Shown: piece after piece, positions 31,890-41,301 of the stretch
How positions within the stretch are numbered: position 1 is the first letter of the stretch
Layout: each line of letters starts with the position of its first letter
Origin: Candidatus Velthaea sp.
Lineage (GTDB): Bacteria > Vulcanimicrobiota > Vulcanimicrobiia > Vulcanimicrobiales > Vulcanimicrobiaceae
Direction of reading: 5' to 3'
DNA: 64,000 nt
NCBI GenBank assembly: GCA_965214935.1
Contig: CBDCCS010000018.1
Location: 429,122-493,121, forward strand
The notes under the pieces: model-generated
What the model was told of the DNA's origin: nothing
Database searches by the model: none
Seen by the model: the letters and a program-made list of their open reading frames with translations, nothing else
Translations under genes and position numbers: made by a program

Positions 31890-32759
31890 ATGATCTTCCC
31901 CCGTTGGGCGGCACTGGCCGTCGTGCTGCTTGCCGGGTGTTCGCAGCACCCGATTCAGGCAGCGGCCGGCGGGCTGATGGTGGTAGCGACGACGTCGACG
32001 CTGGCGTCGCTGGCGACCGGCGTCGTCGGCGATCCGAGTCGCGTCCGCAGCCTCGTCCCCGTCGGCGCGTCACCCGAAGATTATCAGCCGGCGCCGCAAG
32101 ATATTGAAGCGATCCACGATGCCGGCGTCTTGATTGAAAACGGTGCCAACCTCGAAGGCTGGCTGCAAGCCGATCTCGATAACGCCCGCAATCCCAAGCT
32201 TGCGGTCGTGACATGCGCCGACGGATTGCCGGTCCGCGACAACAATCCGCATCTCTGGATGGACCCGCAATTTGCCCGGGCCTACGTCCGCCGGATTCGC
32301 GATGTACTCGTGCGTGCCGATCCGGCCGGCGCCCAAACGTACCGGCGCAATGCCGCAGCGTACGATGCGGCTTTGCAGCAACTGATCGTTCGCACGCGGC
32401 GGAAGATAACCGCGATCCCGCCGGGGCAGCGGAACATGATAATTTTTCACAACGCCTTTCTCTACTATAATGCGCGCTTCGGTCTGCGCACGGTCGGTGT
32501 CATCGAAGTGCATCCCGGCACCGATCCCAGTCCCGATCACTTGGGTGCGATCGTTGCGCTGGCGCGAGCCAATCACGTACGCGCGGTTTTTGCCGAACCC
32601 GAGTACAGTCCGAAGCTGGTCGCAGCATTAGCTCAAAGCGCCGGAATTCGTACCATCGAGAATCTGTATGACGACTCGGTCGGCACCGATGCTAAGGTTG
32701 CGACTTACGTCGGCATGATCGATTACGATACCGACGCCATCGTGAGCGCGCTCCGGTGA
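31890..32759 (+). CDS. Zn/Mn ABC transporter substrate-binding lipoprotein (ZnuA/TroA family)
   Basis: LAGC lipobox, VVATTS, NPHLWMDP, FHNAF.Y, LYDDS. Confidence 0.9.
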   Translation: MIFPRWAALAVVLLAGCSQHPIQAAAGGLMVVATTSTLASLATGVVGDPSRVRSLVPVGASPEDYQPAPQDIEAIHDAGVLIENGANLEGWLQADLDNARNPKLAVVTCADGLPVRDNNPHLWMDPQFARAYVRRIRDVLVRADPAGAQTYRRNAAAYDAALQQLIVRTRRKITAIPPGQRNMIIFHNAFLYYNARFGLRTVGVIEVHPGTDPSPDHLGAIVALARANHVRAVFAEPEYSPKLVAALAQSAGIRTIENLYDDSVGTDAKVATYVGMIDYDTDAIVSALR

Positions 32760-33505
32760 TCGCGGTCGACACGCACGGCCTGAGCGTTCGGTACGACCGG
32801 GTGGTCGCACTCGACGGCGTCACCTTTTCGCTTTCCGGTGGCGTTGCGCTCGGCATCGTCGGCCCGAACGGTTCGGGCAAGTCGACGCTGCTCAAGACGA
32901 TTGCCGGTCTCATTGCGCCGGTGGCCGGCTCGTTGACCGTCTTCGGTAAGCGGCCGCGGGATCTCGCGCCCGGCACGATCGGTTACGTGCCGCAAATCGA
33001 AGAGGTCGATTGGAATTTTCCGGCCAGCGTCCGCGATGTTGTGGCAATGGGGCGCTATCCCCGGCTCGGTGCGTTCGCGCGTTTCACGAAGAGAGATCGG
33101 GCCGCCGTCGACGCAGCGCTCGAAGCGCTCGATTTAACGAAGCTGGCTGCACGCCACATCTCCGAACTCTCCGGCGGTCAGCAGCAGCGTGCATTCGTTG
33201 CGCGCGCCATCGCGCAAGAACCGGATCTGCTCCTGCTCGACGAACCGACGACCGGTGTCGATGCCGCGACCGAAGACTCACTGCTGCATGTGATCCGGTC
33301 GCTTGTTGCACGCGGCATGCCGGTACTCATGACGACGCACGATCTCGATCGCGCGCCGGAGTGGTTCGATCGTCTCATGGTCGTCGACCGGCGCATTCTC
33401 GCCGACGGCGATCCGGCAAGCGTGCTGGCCGGTGGTGCGTACACGGGCAGCCGCGAGCACGCGCATGGACACGGGCACACCCGAACGGAACGCGCTAACG
33501 TATGA
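32756..33505 (+). CDS. Zn/Mn ABC transporter ATP-binding protein (ZnuC-like)
   Basis: GPNGSGKST, YVPQ, LSGGQQQR, LLLDEP, His-rich tail HAHGHGH. Confidence 0.93.
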   Translation: MIAVDTHGLSVRYDRVVALDGVTFSLSGGVALGIVGPNGSGKSTLLKTIAGLIAPVAGSLTVFGKRPRDLAPGTIGYVPQIEEVDWNFPASVRDVVAMGRYPRLGAFARFTKRDRAAVDAALEALDLTKLAARHISELSGGQQQRAFVARAIAQEPDLLLLDEPTTGVDAATEDSLLHVIRSLVARGMPVLMTTHDLDRAPEWFDRLMVVDRRILADGDPASVLAGGAYTGSREHAHGHGHTRTERANV

Positions 33506-34353
33506 ACGACGGAATCCTGGCGCCGTTCGCTTTCGAGTTCATGCAGCGCGCGTTCATTGCCGCGCTTATCGTCGGCTTGCTGTGCTCGATGATGGGCACC
33601 TATGTCGTTCTGCGCAAGCTATCGTTCATCGGCGACGGTCTCGCGCACGCGTCGTTTGCCGGCATTGTGATTGCGTATCTGCGCGGCCTCAACTACGCCG
33701 TCGGCGCGGGCATCGTCGCGGTCGCTACCGCGCTGAGCATCGGCTGGGTGCACCGGCGCGCGAAAGTCTCGCTCGACACCTCGATCGGCGTACTCTTTAC
33801 GGGCGCTTTTGCACTCGGAATTTTCCTGATGAGCCGCTCGACGCGCTCGACGATCGATCTGCAGAGCTATCTGTTCGGCGACATCCTCGGTGTCTCACGC
33901 GGCGATCTGGCCTTGATTGCAACGCTCGCGGTAATCGTGGCGATTACCGTCGCGGCACTGTACCGGCCGCTGCTTTACACGTCGTTCGATCCGGTTGTCG
34001 CACAGGCCAGCGGCATCCGGGCAATCTTCGTCGACGACGTGTTGCTCATACTGCTCTCGTTAACGATCATCGTCTCACTGCAATCCGTGGGCATCATTCT
34101 CGTCGCAGCGCTGCTCGTGACACCCGCGGCGGCCGCCGCGCAACTTACGCGCCGGTTCGTGCCGATGCTGCTGCTATCCGGCTGTTTTGGTGTCATCGCG
34201 TCGGTCGGCGGACTGTATCTCTCGTATGAGTTGCGCTCGGCAAGCGGCGCGACGATCGTGCTGCTCGCGACGCTGCTCTTCTTCGCAGCGGTCGGAGTCA
34301 ATCTGCTCCGTCGCCGCCGTCCGGCGCGTATGGCGCCGGGTCTGCCCGAGTAG
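33502..34353 (+). CDS. Zn/Mn ABC transporter permease (ZnuB-like)
   Basis: FMQRA, GDGLAHASF.G, YLFGDIL, SFDP, LLVTPAAAA. Confidence 0.93.
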   Translation: MNDGILAPFAFEFMQRAFIAALIVGLLCSMMGTYVVLRKLSFIGDGLAHASFAGIVIAYLRGLNYAVGAGIVAVATALSIGWVHRRAKVSLDTSIGVLFTGAFALGIFLMSRSTRSTIDLQSYLFGDILGVSRGDLALIATLAVIVAITVAALYRPLLYTSFDPVVAQASGIRAIFVDDVLLILLSLTIIVSLQSVGIILVAALLVTPAAAAAQLTRRFVPMLLLSGCFGVIASVGGLYLSYELRSASGATIVLLATLLFFAAVGVNLLRRRRPARMAPGLPE

Positions 34354-34366
34354 CCGGAGCGAACGT

Positions 34367-35269
34367 CTGCGCACCTTCGCGCTGCTATTTGCCCTTCTGT
34401 TCGGTTGTTCGAGCGAAAGCCGTCACGATATCGTGGCAGTATCGATAACCGGAAGTACCTGCCCAAATTGTCTTGACGATGTCGTAATCAAGCGCGGCGG
34501 TAGCTTTAACGATCTCGCACAGACTGGTGCGGAAGCATTCGACCGTAACGCAGCTGAAAGCACGATTGCCGATCTGCCCATCGACGAATTACGCGACGCG
34601 GACCGGCTGCCGCAGCTAGAGTTGCCTGCAACGGTCGTCATTGTAGGAGTTTCGTACCGCGACGGACGCGAGGAGCGCGCAGCTGTACCGATTGGGCGCA
34701 TTTCTTACGCCGCTATCCGCCGCTTACAAAACTGGACGGGCTACGCGGATTGGCAAGCGACGCTCGTTATCATGAAACGTCGATGGCAAGCGCTTCGCGA
34801 TGCGTTCGATCGAGGTGGCTTTCGTTCGATAACATTTGAATCTCTCGGTTGCTACGGATGGTGTCCGTTGTATTCTGCCAGCTTTCGTTCGGACGGCTCG
34901 GCGACTATTCACGATCGCGGCCGCAATTGCGATATAACTGCGAAAGCTTTTGTGCCCTTCGGTCGTATCGTAGCGGCTGCATCATCGGCCGGCGCGAGTC
35001 GGCTGCGACCGGTTTATCCAATCCAGGCGAGCGACACGTTTGGAGCTCGAATAACGCTCCGTACGGCAAAGACGACTTTCGTTTCCGAAGGTCGCGACCG
35101 AACGTCTTGGGATCAGGTATTCTTAGCGACGCAAAGCCGGCTCGATCAAATCGTGCGGGATACGAAATGGTCGCCGGCTGTCGATCTTGGCCGTTGCGCC
35201 GGCGGGCCGAATGTCGGCGCTACCACGCACGCGCAAAGGAACCCCCGGGCGTCCCGGCCCGGGCTTTGA
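34367..35269 (+). CDS. Putative lipoprotein with Cys-containing (DUF6438-like) domain
   Basis: LLFGC lipobox-like signal; GCYGWCPLY motif; start uncertain (CTG 34367 after GGAG). Confidence 0.55.
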   Translation: MRTFALLFALLFGCSSESRHDIVAVSITGSTCPNCLDDVVIKRGGSFNDLAQTGAEAFDRNAAESTIADLPIDELRDADRLPQLELPATVVIVGVSYRDGREERAAVPIGRISYAAIRRLQNWTGYADWQATLVIMKRRWQALRDAFDRGGFRSITFESLGCYGWCPLYSASFRSDGSATIHDRGRNCDITAKAFVPFGRIVAAASSAGASRLRPVYPIQASDTFGARITLRTAKTTFVSEGRDRTSWDQVFLATQSRLDQIVRDTKWSPAVDLGRCAGGPNVGATTHAQRNPRASRPGL

Positions 35270-35312
35270 TCGCGTCGCTCTTGATATCCGTCACCGTACA
35301 ATGCGCGGCCGA

Positions 35313-37049
35313 TCAACGCAGCGCATCGGCGGCCGGCTTCTCGAGCAGCGACCCGAGCCCGGTCACGGCATCGTAGCCGGCGCGCACGGCACATCCGTGC
35401 GGTTGTACCGCCGTGCAACCGGTGACGGGTTTGAGCGGCGGCGGAAGCTGACCGCGGAAGTCGGCCGGTAGCGGCAGACGCTGCGGCCGCAGATTGTTAT
35501 CGATGTAACCACGGTCGTTTTCGCGTTGCACGTCACGGAACGCCGCGGGCGCCGCCTTTGCCAGCGCATAGAGGTCGCCGGCAATGACCAACCGCTTTGC
35601 CGGCGGTACGACGGAATCGATGGCGGCGAGTTGCGCGCCGACGACGGCCGCGCTTTCGCTCGTTCCGCCGACGCCGCCTAAGCCGTAGCCGTGCCAGTAG
35701 ATGCGCAGATGTCCGGCAGCGTCGCCCGAGACGTCGGGTACCATGCGGTTCTTGATGAACTGCGGTGAAAATTCAAACGACGCCGCGGCATCCTGCCAAG
35801 CCGGGCGCGGCTCGAGCGAGATACCGCCGCCCGTTGCATGTTCGCCGTCGTTCCAAGGCGCCTCGTCCCACGCGCCGTCGCGGTCGCCGACTTGCGTACC
35901 GCCGGCACAAATGACGTAAGTCGAGACGCACGGATACGCGACGGCGGCCGTTTCAACACCCGGAATACGGTAGCCGTAGGCGCCGTCGTCACCGGCGGGC
36001 ACGACGAGCGGAATGCCGCGCACCACCGCCTCGAGCAGCGGGATCGACGGCCGTCCGTACAGCGCGCCGACCGGTCCCAGCGCGTCGCCGACCGTGAATG
36101 GGAACACGACGACGGTCGGTGCGTCACGATCGTCGAGCGCGCGTTCGAGGGCCAGCGTACCGTCGTTGCCGAGCGAGCACACGTCTTCGTAATCAAGCAC
36201 GATCGTTGCGAGCGGCGCGAGCGTCAGCGCTGCATCGGCATCGAGCGCCGGCTCTTGTCCGCGGTCGTCGCGGCCGCATTGCGACGCCGACGCTTTAAAA
36301 GCGAAGCTGCGCTCGATGACCCGTTCGGCCGTGGCGCCCGGCGGCGCGCCGTCGTTGCTCAAGAACGGGCCGATGTCGCGCAGATCGAACCGGTCCGATG
36401 CATCTTCAACGATCGAGATCCGCTCGTTCGCGCCGCCGTTGGGAATCGCTTGATACGCTTCGCGAAACTTTTCGGGCGTATACCAGTCGCCGCGAAAAAG
36501 CGTAAAGCTCGGAACGTCGGCAAGTCGCGGCGTCGTTGCAGCGACGACCCCGTGCACGGCGCGCACGTTGGCTAGCGGTACCGTCAGCGGACCGAGCGGC
36601 GCGATCGCGTTCCGCGCACCGGCTGTATAGCGCTCGAAACGCACCCCGAACGCGCGTTGCGCATGGGCGATGTCGATGATCCCGCCGCCGACCAAACCGT
36701 TGCGCGATACATACACGTCGGTCGCACCGTTATTGCGCAAAAACGTTGCCAACGCATCGCCGTCGCGGCCGTTGCGCCCGAAGCGCGCGTTGAATGCATC
36801 GTAACTTAGCGGCTGCCGGTGTATTGCGGCAGCCGGATCCGTCATGCTCGCCGCCAGGCCGTCAAGATCGGCTTTGGGCTGGTACTCGACGGCGATCCGC
36901 AGGAGCGTCCGCAGATCGGCGGGACCCGCAGCGGTCATCCCCGCAACCTGGCCGACCGGCACCGTGACCCGCGACGTTGCCGCACCGGCTGCAACGGGCA
37001 GCAGAAGCAGGGCGAACGCAACGGCAACGCAACTTTTTAGATCGATCAT
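35313..37049 (-). CDS. Secreted S53 (sedolisin/kumamolisin) serine-carboxyl peptidase
   Basis: Signal and propeptide; EPALD (Glu/Asp), GDDG oxyanion Asp, GGTSES Ser, YDAVTGLGS Ca site. Confidence 0.85.
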   Translation of the reverse strand: MIDLKSCVAVAFALLLLPVAAGAATSRVTVPVGQVAGMTAAGPADLRTLLRIAVEYQPKADLDGLAASMTDPAAAIHRQPLSYDAFNARFGRNGRDGDALATFLRNNGATDVYVSRNGLVGGGIIDIAHAQRAFGVRFERYTAGARNAIAPLGPLTVPLANVRAVHGVVAATTPRLADVPSFTLFRGDWYTPEKFREAYQAIPNGGANERISIVEDASDRFDLRDIGPFLSNDGAPPGATAERVIERSFAFKASASQCGRDDRGQEPALDADAALTLAPLATIVLDYEDVCSLGNDGTLALERALDDRDAPTVVVFPFTVGDALGPVGALYGRPSIPLLEAVVRGIPLVVPAGDDGAYGYRIPGVETAAVAYPCVSTYVICAGGTQVGDRDGAWDEAPWNDGEHATGGGISLEPRPAWQDAAASFEFSPQFIKNRMVPDVSGDAAGHLRIYWHGYGLGGVGGTSESAAVVGAQLAAIDSVVPPAKRLVIAGDLYALAKAAPAAFRDVQRENDRGYIDNNLRPQRLPLPADFRGQLPPPLKPVTGCTAVQPHGCAVRAGYDAVTGLGSLLEKPAADALR

Positions 37050-37095
37050 CGCTCGAAAGAACACAACGACTCCGTCCGGAGGATGGCAACGCCTA

Positions 37096-37878
37096 ATGGA
37101 ACGCAACGCGTTCGTCAAGAGTCTCGCGGCAACCGTCGGCCTAACACAGCTGACGCACGTTGCTGCGGCACGTGCACTCGACGAAGCCGACATCGGCCGC
37201 CAGTACTTCGCGCAACTTCGCGAAACGGGCGACCTGCTGTTCGACTCCGCGTACTACGAACATCTTAACGAAGTCGGCTCGGTCATTGCTGGGACCGTTC
37301 GCGAACGTTACGAGTATCCGATCCGGTACTACATCGTGCGGGGCGACTCGGCAAATGCGTTTTCGGTTCCCGGAGGCAACATTTACGTCAACGAGCCGTT
37401 GCTGAAACTGGCCAAGAATCGCGACGAACTTGCCGGTGTCTTAGCGCACGAAGCCGGCCATATGGTGCTGCACCATGTTGCCAAGCACATTGCCGCGGCA
37501 AATAAAATGAACACGGTTGCAACGATCGGCTCGATTCTCGCGCAGGTGTTTGCCGGACCGCTTGGCGGCGCGGCTGCCGGTTACGGCATGCAAAACGCCG
37601 GCGATCGCGTGGACGCGAATTTGCAACGCCATATCGAAGCGCAAGCCGATGAAGAAGGTGCTCGCATCATCGCGGCAACCAACACGTTCAACCCGTATGG
37701 GATGATCTGGTTTTTTCAGACGATGTCCGCAACGTATGGTAAGGGCCAAGCCGCCTGGTCGCGCTCGCATCCGCTCGATCAGCAACGCATCGACGACTTG
37801 CGCAATCTGCTTACCGCCAATCCGCAAATTTTCGCCAAGTTCAAAGACACCCAACAACGCGAAGTCGCGTACTGGTAA
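37096..37878 (+). CDS. M48 family Zn metalloprotease
   Basis: NAFSVPGG, LAHEAGH, EAQAD, SHP; N-terminal export signal. Confidence 0.9.
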   Translation: MERNAFVKSLAATVGLTQLTHVAAARALDEADIGRQYFAQLRETGDLLFDSAYYEHLNEVGSVIAGTVRERYEYPIRYYIVRGDSANAFSVPGGNIYVNEPLLKLAKNRDELAGVLAHEAGHMVLHHVAKHIAAANKMNTVATIGSILAQVFAGPLGGAAAGYGMQNAGDRVDANLQRHIEAQADEEGARIIAATNTFNPYGMIWFFQTMSATYGKGQAAWSRSHPLDQQRIDDLRNLLTANPQIFAKFKDTQQREVAYW

Positions 37879-37884
37879 CGAGCG

Positions 37885-38640
37885 TTGCCCGGCGTCGTTC
37901 GCAGGCTCGTCACGCCGAGCGTACTAGCGGCCTTTGCTGCGCTCGAAAGCGGTTGCGCGTTCGACCCGTTGCCGCTGGGTGCGACCGTTCAGGCCCAATC
38001 GTTGCACGCGATCTGGGGGGTTTTCTTTTGGATCGGACTCGGCGTCGCGGCTGTCGTTTACGGACTCATCGGCTGGTGCATCGTGCGTTACCGGCGGCGT
38101 GCGACCGATGTCGATTTCCCGAATCAATTCCGCCGCAACGACCGCATGGAAATCGTCTACACCGCGATCCCGATCGTCATGGTCGCCGGATTGTTCGCTA
38201 TTACATACCCCGCCGAGCGTCACGTCGAGACGATTGCGCGCAGCCAGGAAGTCGTCGTCAACGTGACCGGGTTCCGTTGGTCGTGGCGATTCGATTATCC
38301 GCAAACCGGAGCGAGCATCGTGGGTACCGCCGATTCACCGCCGCAAGTGGTGTTGCCGATCGGCGAAACGACTCGCTTCAACGTAACGTCGGTCGATGTC
38401 GATCACTCGTTTTGGGTACCGGCGTTTTTGTTTAAACGTGACGCAATTCCGGGCTTGGCGAACGTCTTTGACTGGACGCCCAATACGCTCGGCACCTTCC
38501 GTGGCGAATGCGGCGAGTTTTGCGGTCTCGACCACGCGATGATGTCGTTTTCGCTCAAGGTCGTAAGCCGAGCCGATTTTTCACGCTGGCTGCATGCGCA
38601 GCGGAACGTCGCGCTGAGCGGGAAAACACAGACACCGTGA
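37885..38640 (+). CDS. ctaC: Cytochrome c oxidase subunit II
   Basis: Two TMs, W.W.F.Y, DVDHSFWVP, CGEFCGLDHAMM CuA site; start uncertain. Confidence 0.93.
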   Translation: MPGVVRRLVTPSVLAAFAALESGCAFDPLPLGATVQAQSLHAIWGVFFWIGLGVAAVVYGLIGWCIVRYRRRATDVDFPNQFRRNDRMEIVYTAIPIVMVAGLFAITYPAERHVETIARSQEVVVNVTGFRWSWRFDYPQTGASIVGTADSPPQVVLPIGETTRFNVTSVDVDHSFWVPAFLFKRDAIPGLANVFDWTPNTLGTFRGECGEFCGLDHAMMSFSLKVVSRADFSRWLHAQRNVALSGKTQTP

Positions 38641-40280
38641 GCGCCGTCGCGGCCCCGCACTTCTCGCCGGTCGAGCGCAGCATACGCAACGGTCTGCTGT
38701 CGTGGCTCGCAACGACCGATCACAAGCGAATCGGCATCCTGTATATCCTCGCGACGCTCGGCTTTTTCTTTGTCGCGGGCGTTCTGGGTCTGATCATTCG
38801 CACGCAACTCGCGCAAGCCAATCTGCATCTGGTCGGGGCGCATGCCTACAATGCGATTTTTACGCTGCACGGCACCGCGATGATCTTTTTGTTTGTGGCA
38901 CCGTTCGGCTTCGGCTTAGCAAATTACTTAGTGCCGTTACAAATCGGCGCGCCCGACATGGCGTTTCCGCGCTTAAATGCCTACTCGTTCTGGTTGTTTT
39001 TGTTCGGCGGAATCAGCGTGTTTGCCGGTGCGACGACCGCTACGGGCGCCGCAGCGGCCGGCTGGACGGCCTACGCGCCGCTCTCGACGCTCAAGGTCGG
39101 CTTCGGATCCGGACAGGATCTGTGGATCATCGGCGTGACGCTGGTGTCGGTATCCTCGATTCTCACGGCCGTCAACTTCATGACGACGATCTTCATCTAT
39201 CGCACGCCGGGGATGACGATGTGGCGAATCCCGATCTTCACCTGGGAAATCGTCGGTACGTCGCTGCTCGTTCTCATGGCGTTTCCGATGTTGACCGCGG
39301 TATTGATGATGTTGCTGGTCGACCGGCATTTCGGCGGACACTTCTTCGATCCGACCGCCGGCGGCAGCGCGATCTTGTATCAGCATCTGTTTTGGTTCTT
39401 CGGTCATCCCGAAGTGTACGTCATGATTCTGCCGTATTTCGGCGTCGTCACCGAAATCATCGCCGTCTTCTCCCGCAAACCGGTCTTCGGGTATACGGGT
39501 TTGGTGCTGGCGACTTTTGCTATCGCCGGCCTGTCGATGGGCGTCTGGGCGCATCACATGTTCACGACGGGGGCCGTCGTCGATCCGTTTTTCTCAGCCG
39601 TTTCGTTTTTGATCGCGGTGCCGACCGGCGTGAAGTTTTTCAACTGGATCGGAACGATGTGGCAGGGTCAGCTGACGTTTCCGCCGCCGATGCTCTTCGC
39701 AATCGGCTTTTTGCTCAATTTTCTTATCGGCGGAGTGACGGGTGTAATGATCGCATCACCGCCGATCGATTTCCAAGCCCGCGATAGCTACTTCCTCGTC
39801 GCCCATTTTCACTACGTGCTCGGCGGCGGAAGTTTGTTCGCGATTTTTGCCGCGATCTATTTTTGGTTTCCCAAGATGTTCGGTTACATGCTTGACGACC
39901 GGCTCGGAACGTGGAATTTCTGGCTGCTTTTCGCCGGGTTTAACGTTACGTTTTTCCCGATGCACTTTTTGGGCGTTATGGGGATGGTTCGGCGCATCTA
40001 TACGTATCCCGATCTGCCCGGCTGGTCCGTGCTCAACGGTATCGCGACGGCGGGAGCCGCCATTCAAGCCGTCGGCGTGTTCGTCTTCATCGCAAATTTG
40101 TACGTGTCGAACTGGAAACACGTGCGAGCCGGCGACAATCCGTGGGATGCGTACAGTCTCGAGTGGGCAACGACGTCGCCGCCGCCCGAACTGAATTTCA
40201 ATAAAATTCCGCCGGTGCGCTCGGAACGTCCGACCTTCGACCTCAATCATCCCGAGCGGGCGAAGCAGACGCTGCGGTGA
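38637..40280 (+). CDS. ctaD: Cytochrome c oxidase subunit I (A1 type)
   Basis: DHKRIG, DMAFPRLN, FWFFGHPEVY, WAHHM, AHFHY; GTG overlaps the ctaC stop. Confidence 0.97.
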   Translation: MSAVAAPHFSPVERSIRNGLLSWLATTDHKRIGILYILATLGFFFVAGVLGLIIRTQLAQANLHLVGAHAYNAIFTLHGTAMIFLFVAPFGFGLANYLVPLQIGAPDMAFPRLNAYSFWLFLFGGISVFAGATTATGAAAAGWTAYAPLSTLKVGFGSGQDLWIIGVTLVSVSSILTAVNFMTTIFIYRTPGMTMWRIPIFTWEIVGTSLLVLMAFPMLTAVLMMLLVDRHFGGHFFDPTAGGSAILYQHLFWFFGHPEVYVMILPYFGVVTEIIAVFSRKPVFGYTGLVLATFAIAGLSMGVWAHHMFTTGAVVDPFFSAVSFLIAVPTGVKFFNWIGTMWQGQLTFPPPMLFAIGFLLNFLIGGVTGVMIASPPIDFQARDSYFLVAHFHYVLGGGSLFAIFAAIYFWFPKMFGYMLDDRLGTWNFWLLFAGFNVTFFPMHFLGVMGMVRRIYTYPDLPGWSVLNGIATAGAAIQAVGVFVFIANLYVSNWKHVRAGDNPWDAYSLEWATTSPPPELNFNKIPPVRSERPTFDLNHPERAKQTLR

Positions 40281-40666
40281 GAATCGGCGTTTCGCTCTTC
40301 ATCTCATCGATGGTTTTCGGCATCTTCATTGCCGGCGTGTACGGCCTTACGACGCATGATATCGTCGGCGTCATGTTTCTCGGCGCCATGGCGCTCGCGC
40401 TGACCGTCGTCGCCGGCTACATCGTCGTCGCCGAACGCGAGGCGAATCTCGCAGGCGATCAGGCCGAAACGACGCCGGCGGACGTTGCGGGCGAAGAGCT
40501 CGGCGTTTTCACTCTTGAAAGTTACTGGCCGATTCTAGCGGCGGCCGGTACCGCGCTGCTGCTCTTCGGTATCGTGTTCGTGCCGGGAACGTCGATGTGG
40601 CTCGCCTTGGCGGGCGTAGCGTTGATTGCGTGGACCTTGCGCTTTCTCGTTCGCGAAAGCACCTGA
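40277..40666 (+). CDS. ctaF: Cytochrome c oxidase subunit IV (actinobacterial CtaF type)
   Basis: Four TM segments, GEELGVF..ESYWP motif, position between ctaD and ctaE. Confidence 0.75.
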   Translation: MRIGVSLFISSMVFGIFIAGVYGLTTHDIVGVMFLGAMALALTVVAGYIVVAEREANLAGDQAETTPADVAGEELGVFTLESYWPILAAAGTALLLFGIVFVPGTSMWLALAGVALIAWTLRFLVREST

Positions 40667-41274
40667 TGGCCGCCCCGCAAGCGCGCAGTTCGCAACGTAT
40701 CAGCGGTGCGCCGCCGTCGCGCGAACTGGCCCTGCGCACGCATCCGCTCGTGTTCGGCGTCGTCTTGTTTCTCGCGTCCGATTTGATGATCTTCGGCGGC
40801 CTGATCGCCGCCTATTTCAACTTGCGGACCATCGCCGACGTGTGGCCGCCGCCCGGGGTCCGTCTCGACCAGCTTTCCGGCGCCGTCGGTACGGGTATGC
40901 TTGCGGTGTCGAGCGCTACGATGCTGTATGCGACGCACTATCTTGCGCGCAACAACTTTACTGCCGCGCGCTTATGGCTCGGCGTCACGATCTTACTCGG
41001 TACGGCTTTCGTGCTGCTGTCGTTCGACGGCTGGTCCAAGAATACGCTGCACGTCGATTCGAACGCGTACGGCTCGCTTTATTACGTTCTGACCGGCTTT
41101 CATGTCTTCCACGTTTCGACCGGCGTGCTGCTGCTCGTCATGCTGTTCTTCAACATGCGCAAAGCGGCATTTCAACGCGATCAGCGCGCCGGTGCCGAGG
41201 CGATCGGCTTTTTTTGGCACTTCGTGTTCTTTATTTGGGTGCTCGTTTGGGGTTCGATCTTTGTCGTTAAGTAG
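40666..41274 (+). CDS. ctaE: Cytochrome c oxidase subunit III (short form)
   Basis: LFLASDLM.FGGL, TGFH.FHV, FWHFV. Confidence 0.9.
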   Translation: MAAPQARSSQRISGAPPSRELALRTHPLVFGVVLFLASDLMIFGGLIAAYFNLRTIADVWPPPGVRLDQLSGAVGTGMLAVSSATMLYATHYLARNNFTAARLWLGVTILLGTAFVLLSFDGWSKNTLHVDSNAYGSLYYVLTGFHVFHVSTGVLLLVMLFFNMRKAAFQRDQRAGAEAIGFFWHFVFFIWVLVWGSIFVVK

Positions 41275-41301
41275 TACGCCGGTCGGCGGCGGCCGTTTGC
41301 C

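Noticed and set aside
37875..37888. Third GTAA-N6-TTAC box (GTAA-CGAGCG-TTGC) before ctaC
   Set aside because: One mismatch, coincides with stop and start codons, and no -10 at the 22-23 nt spacing
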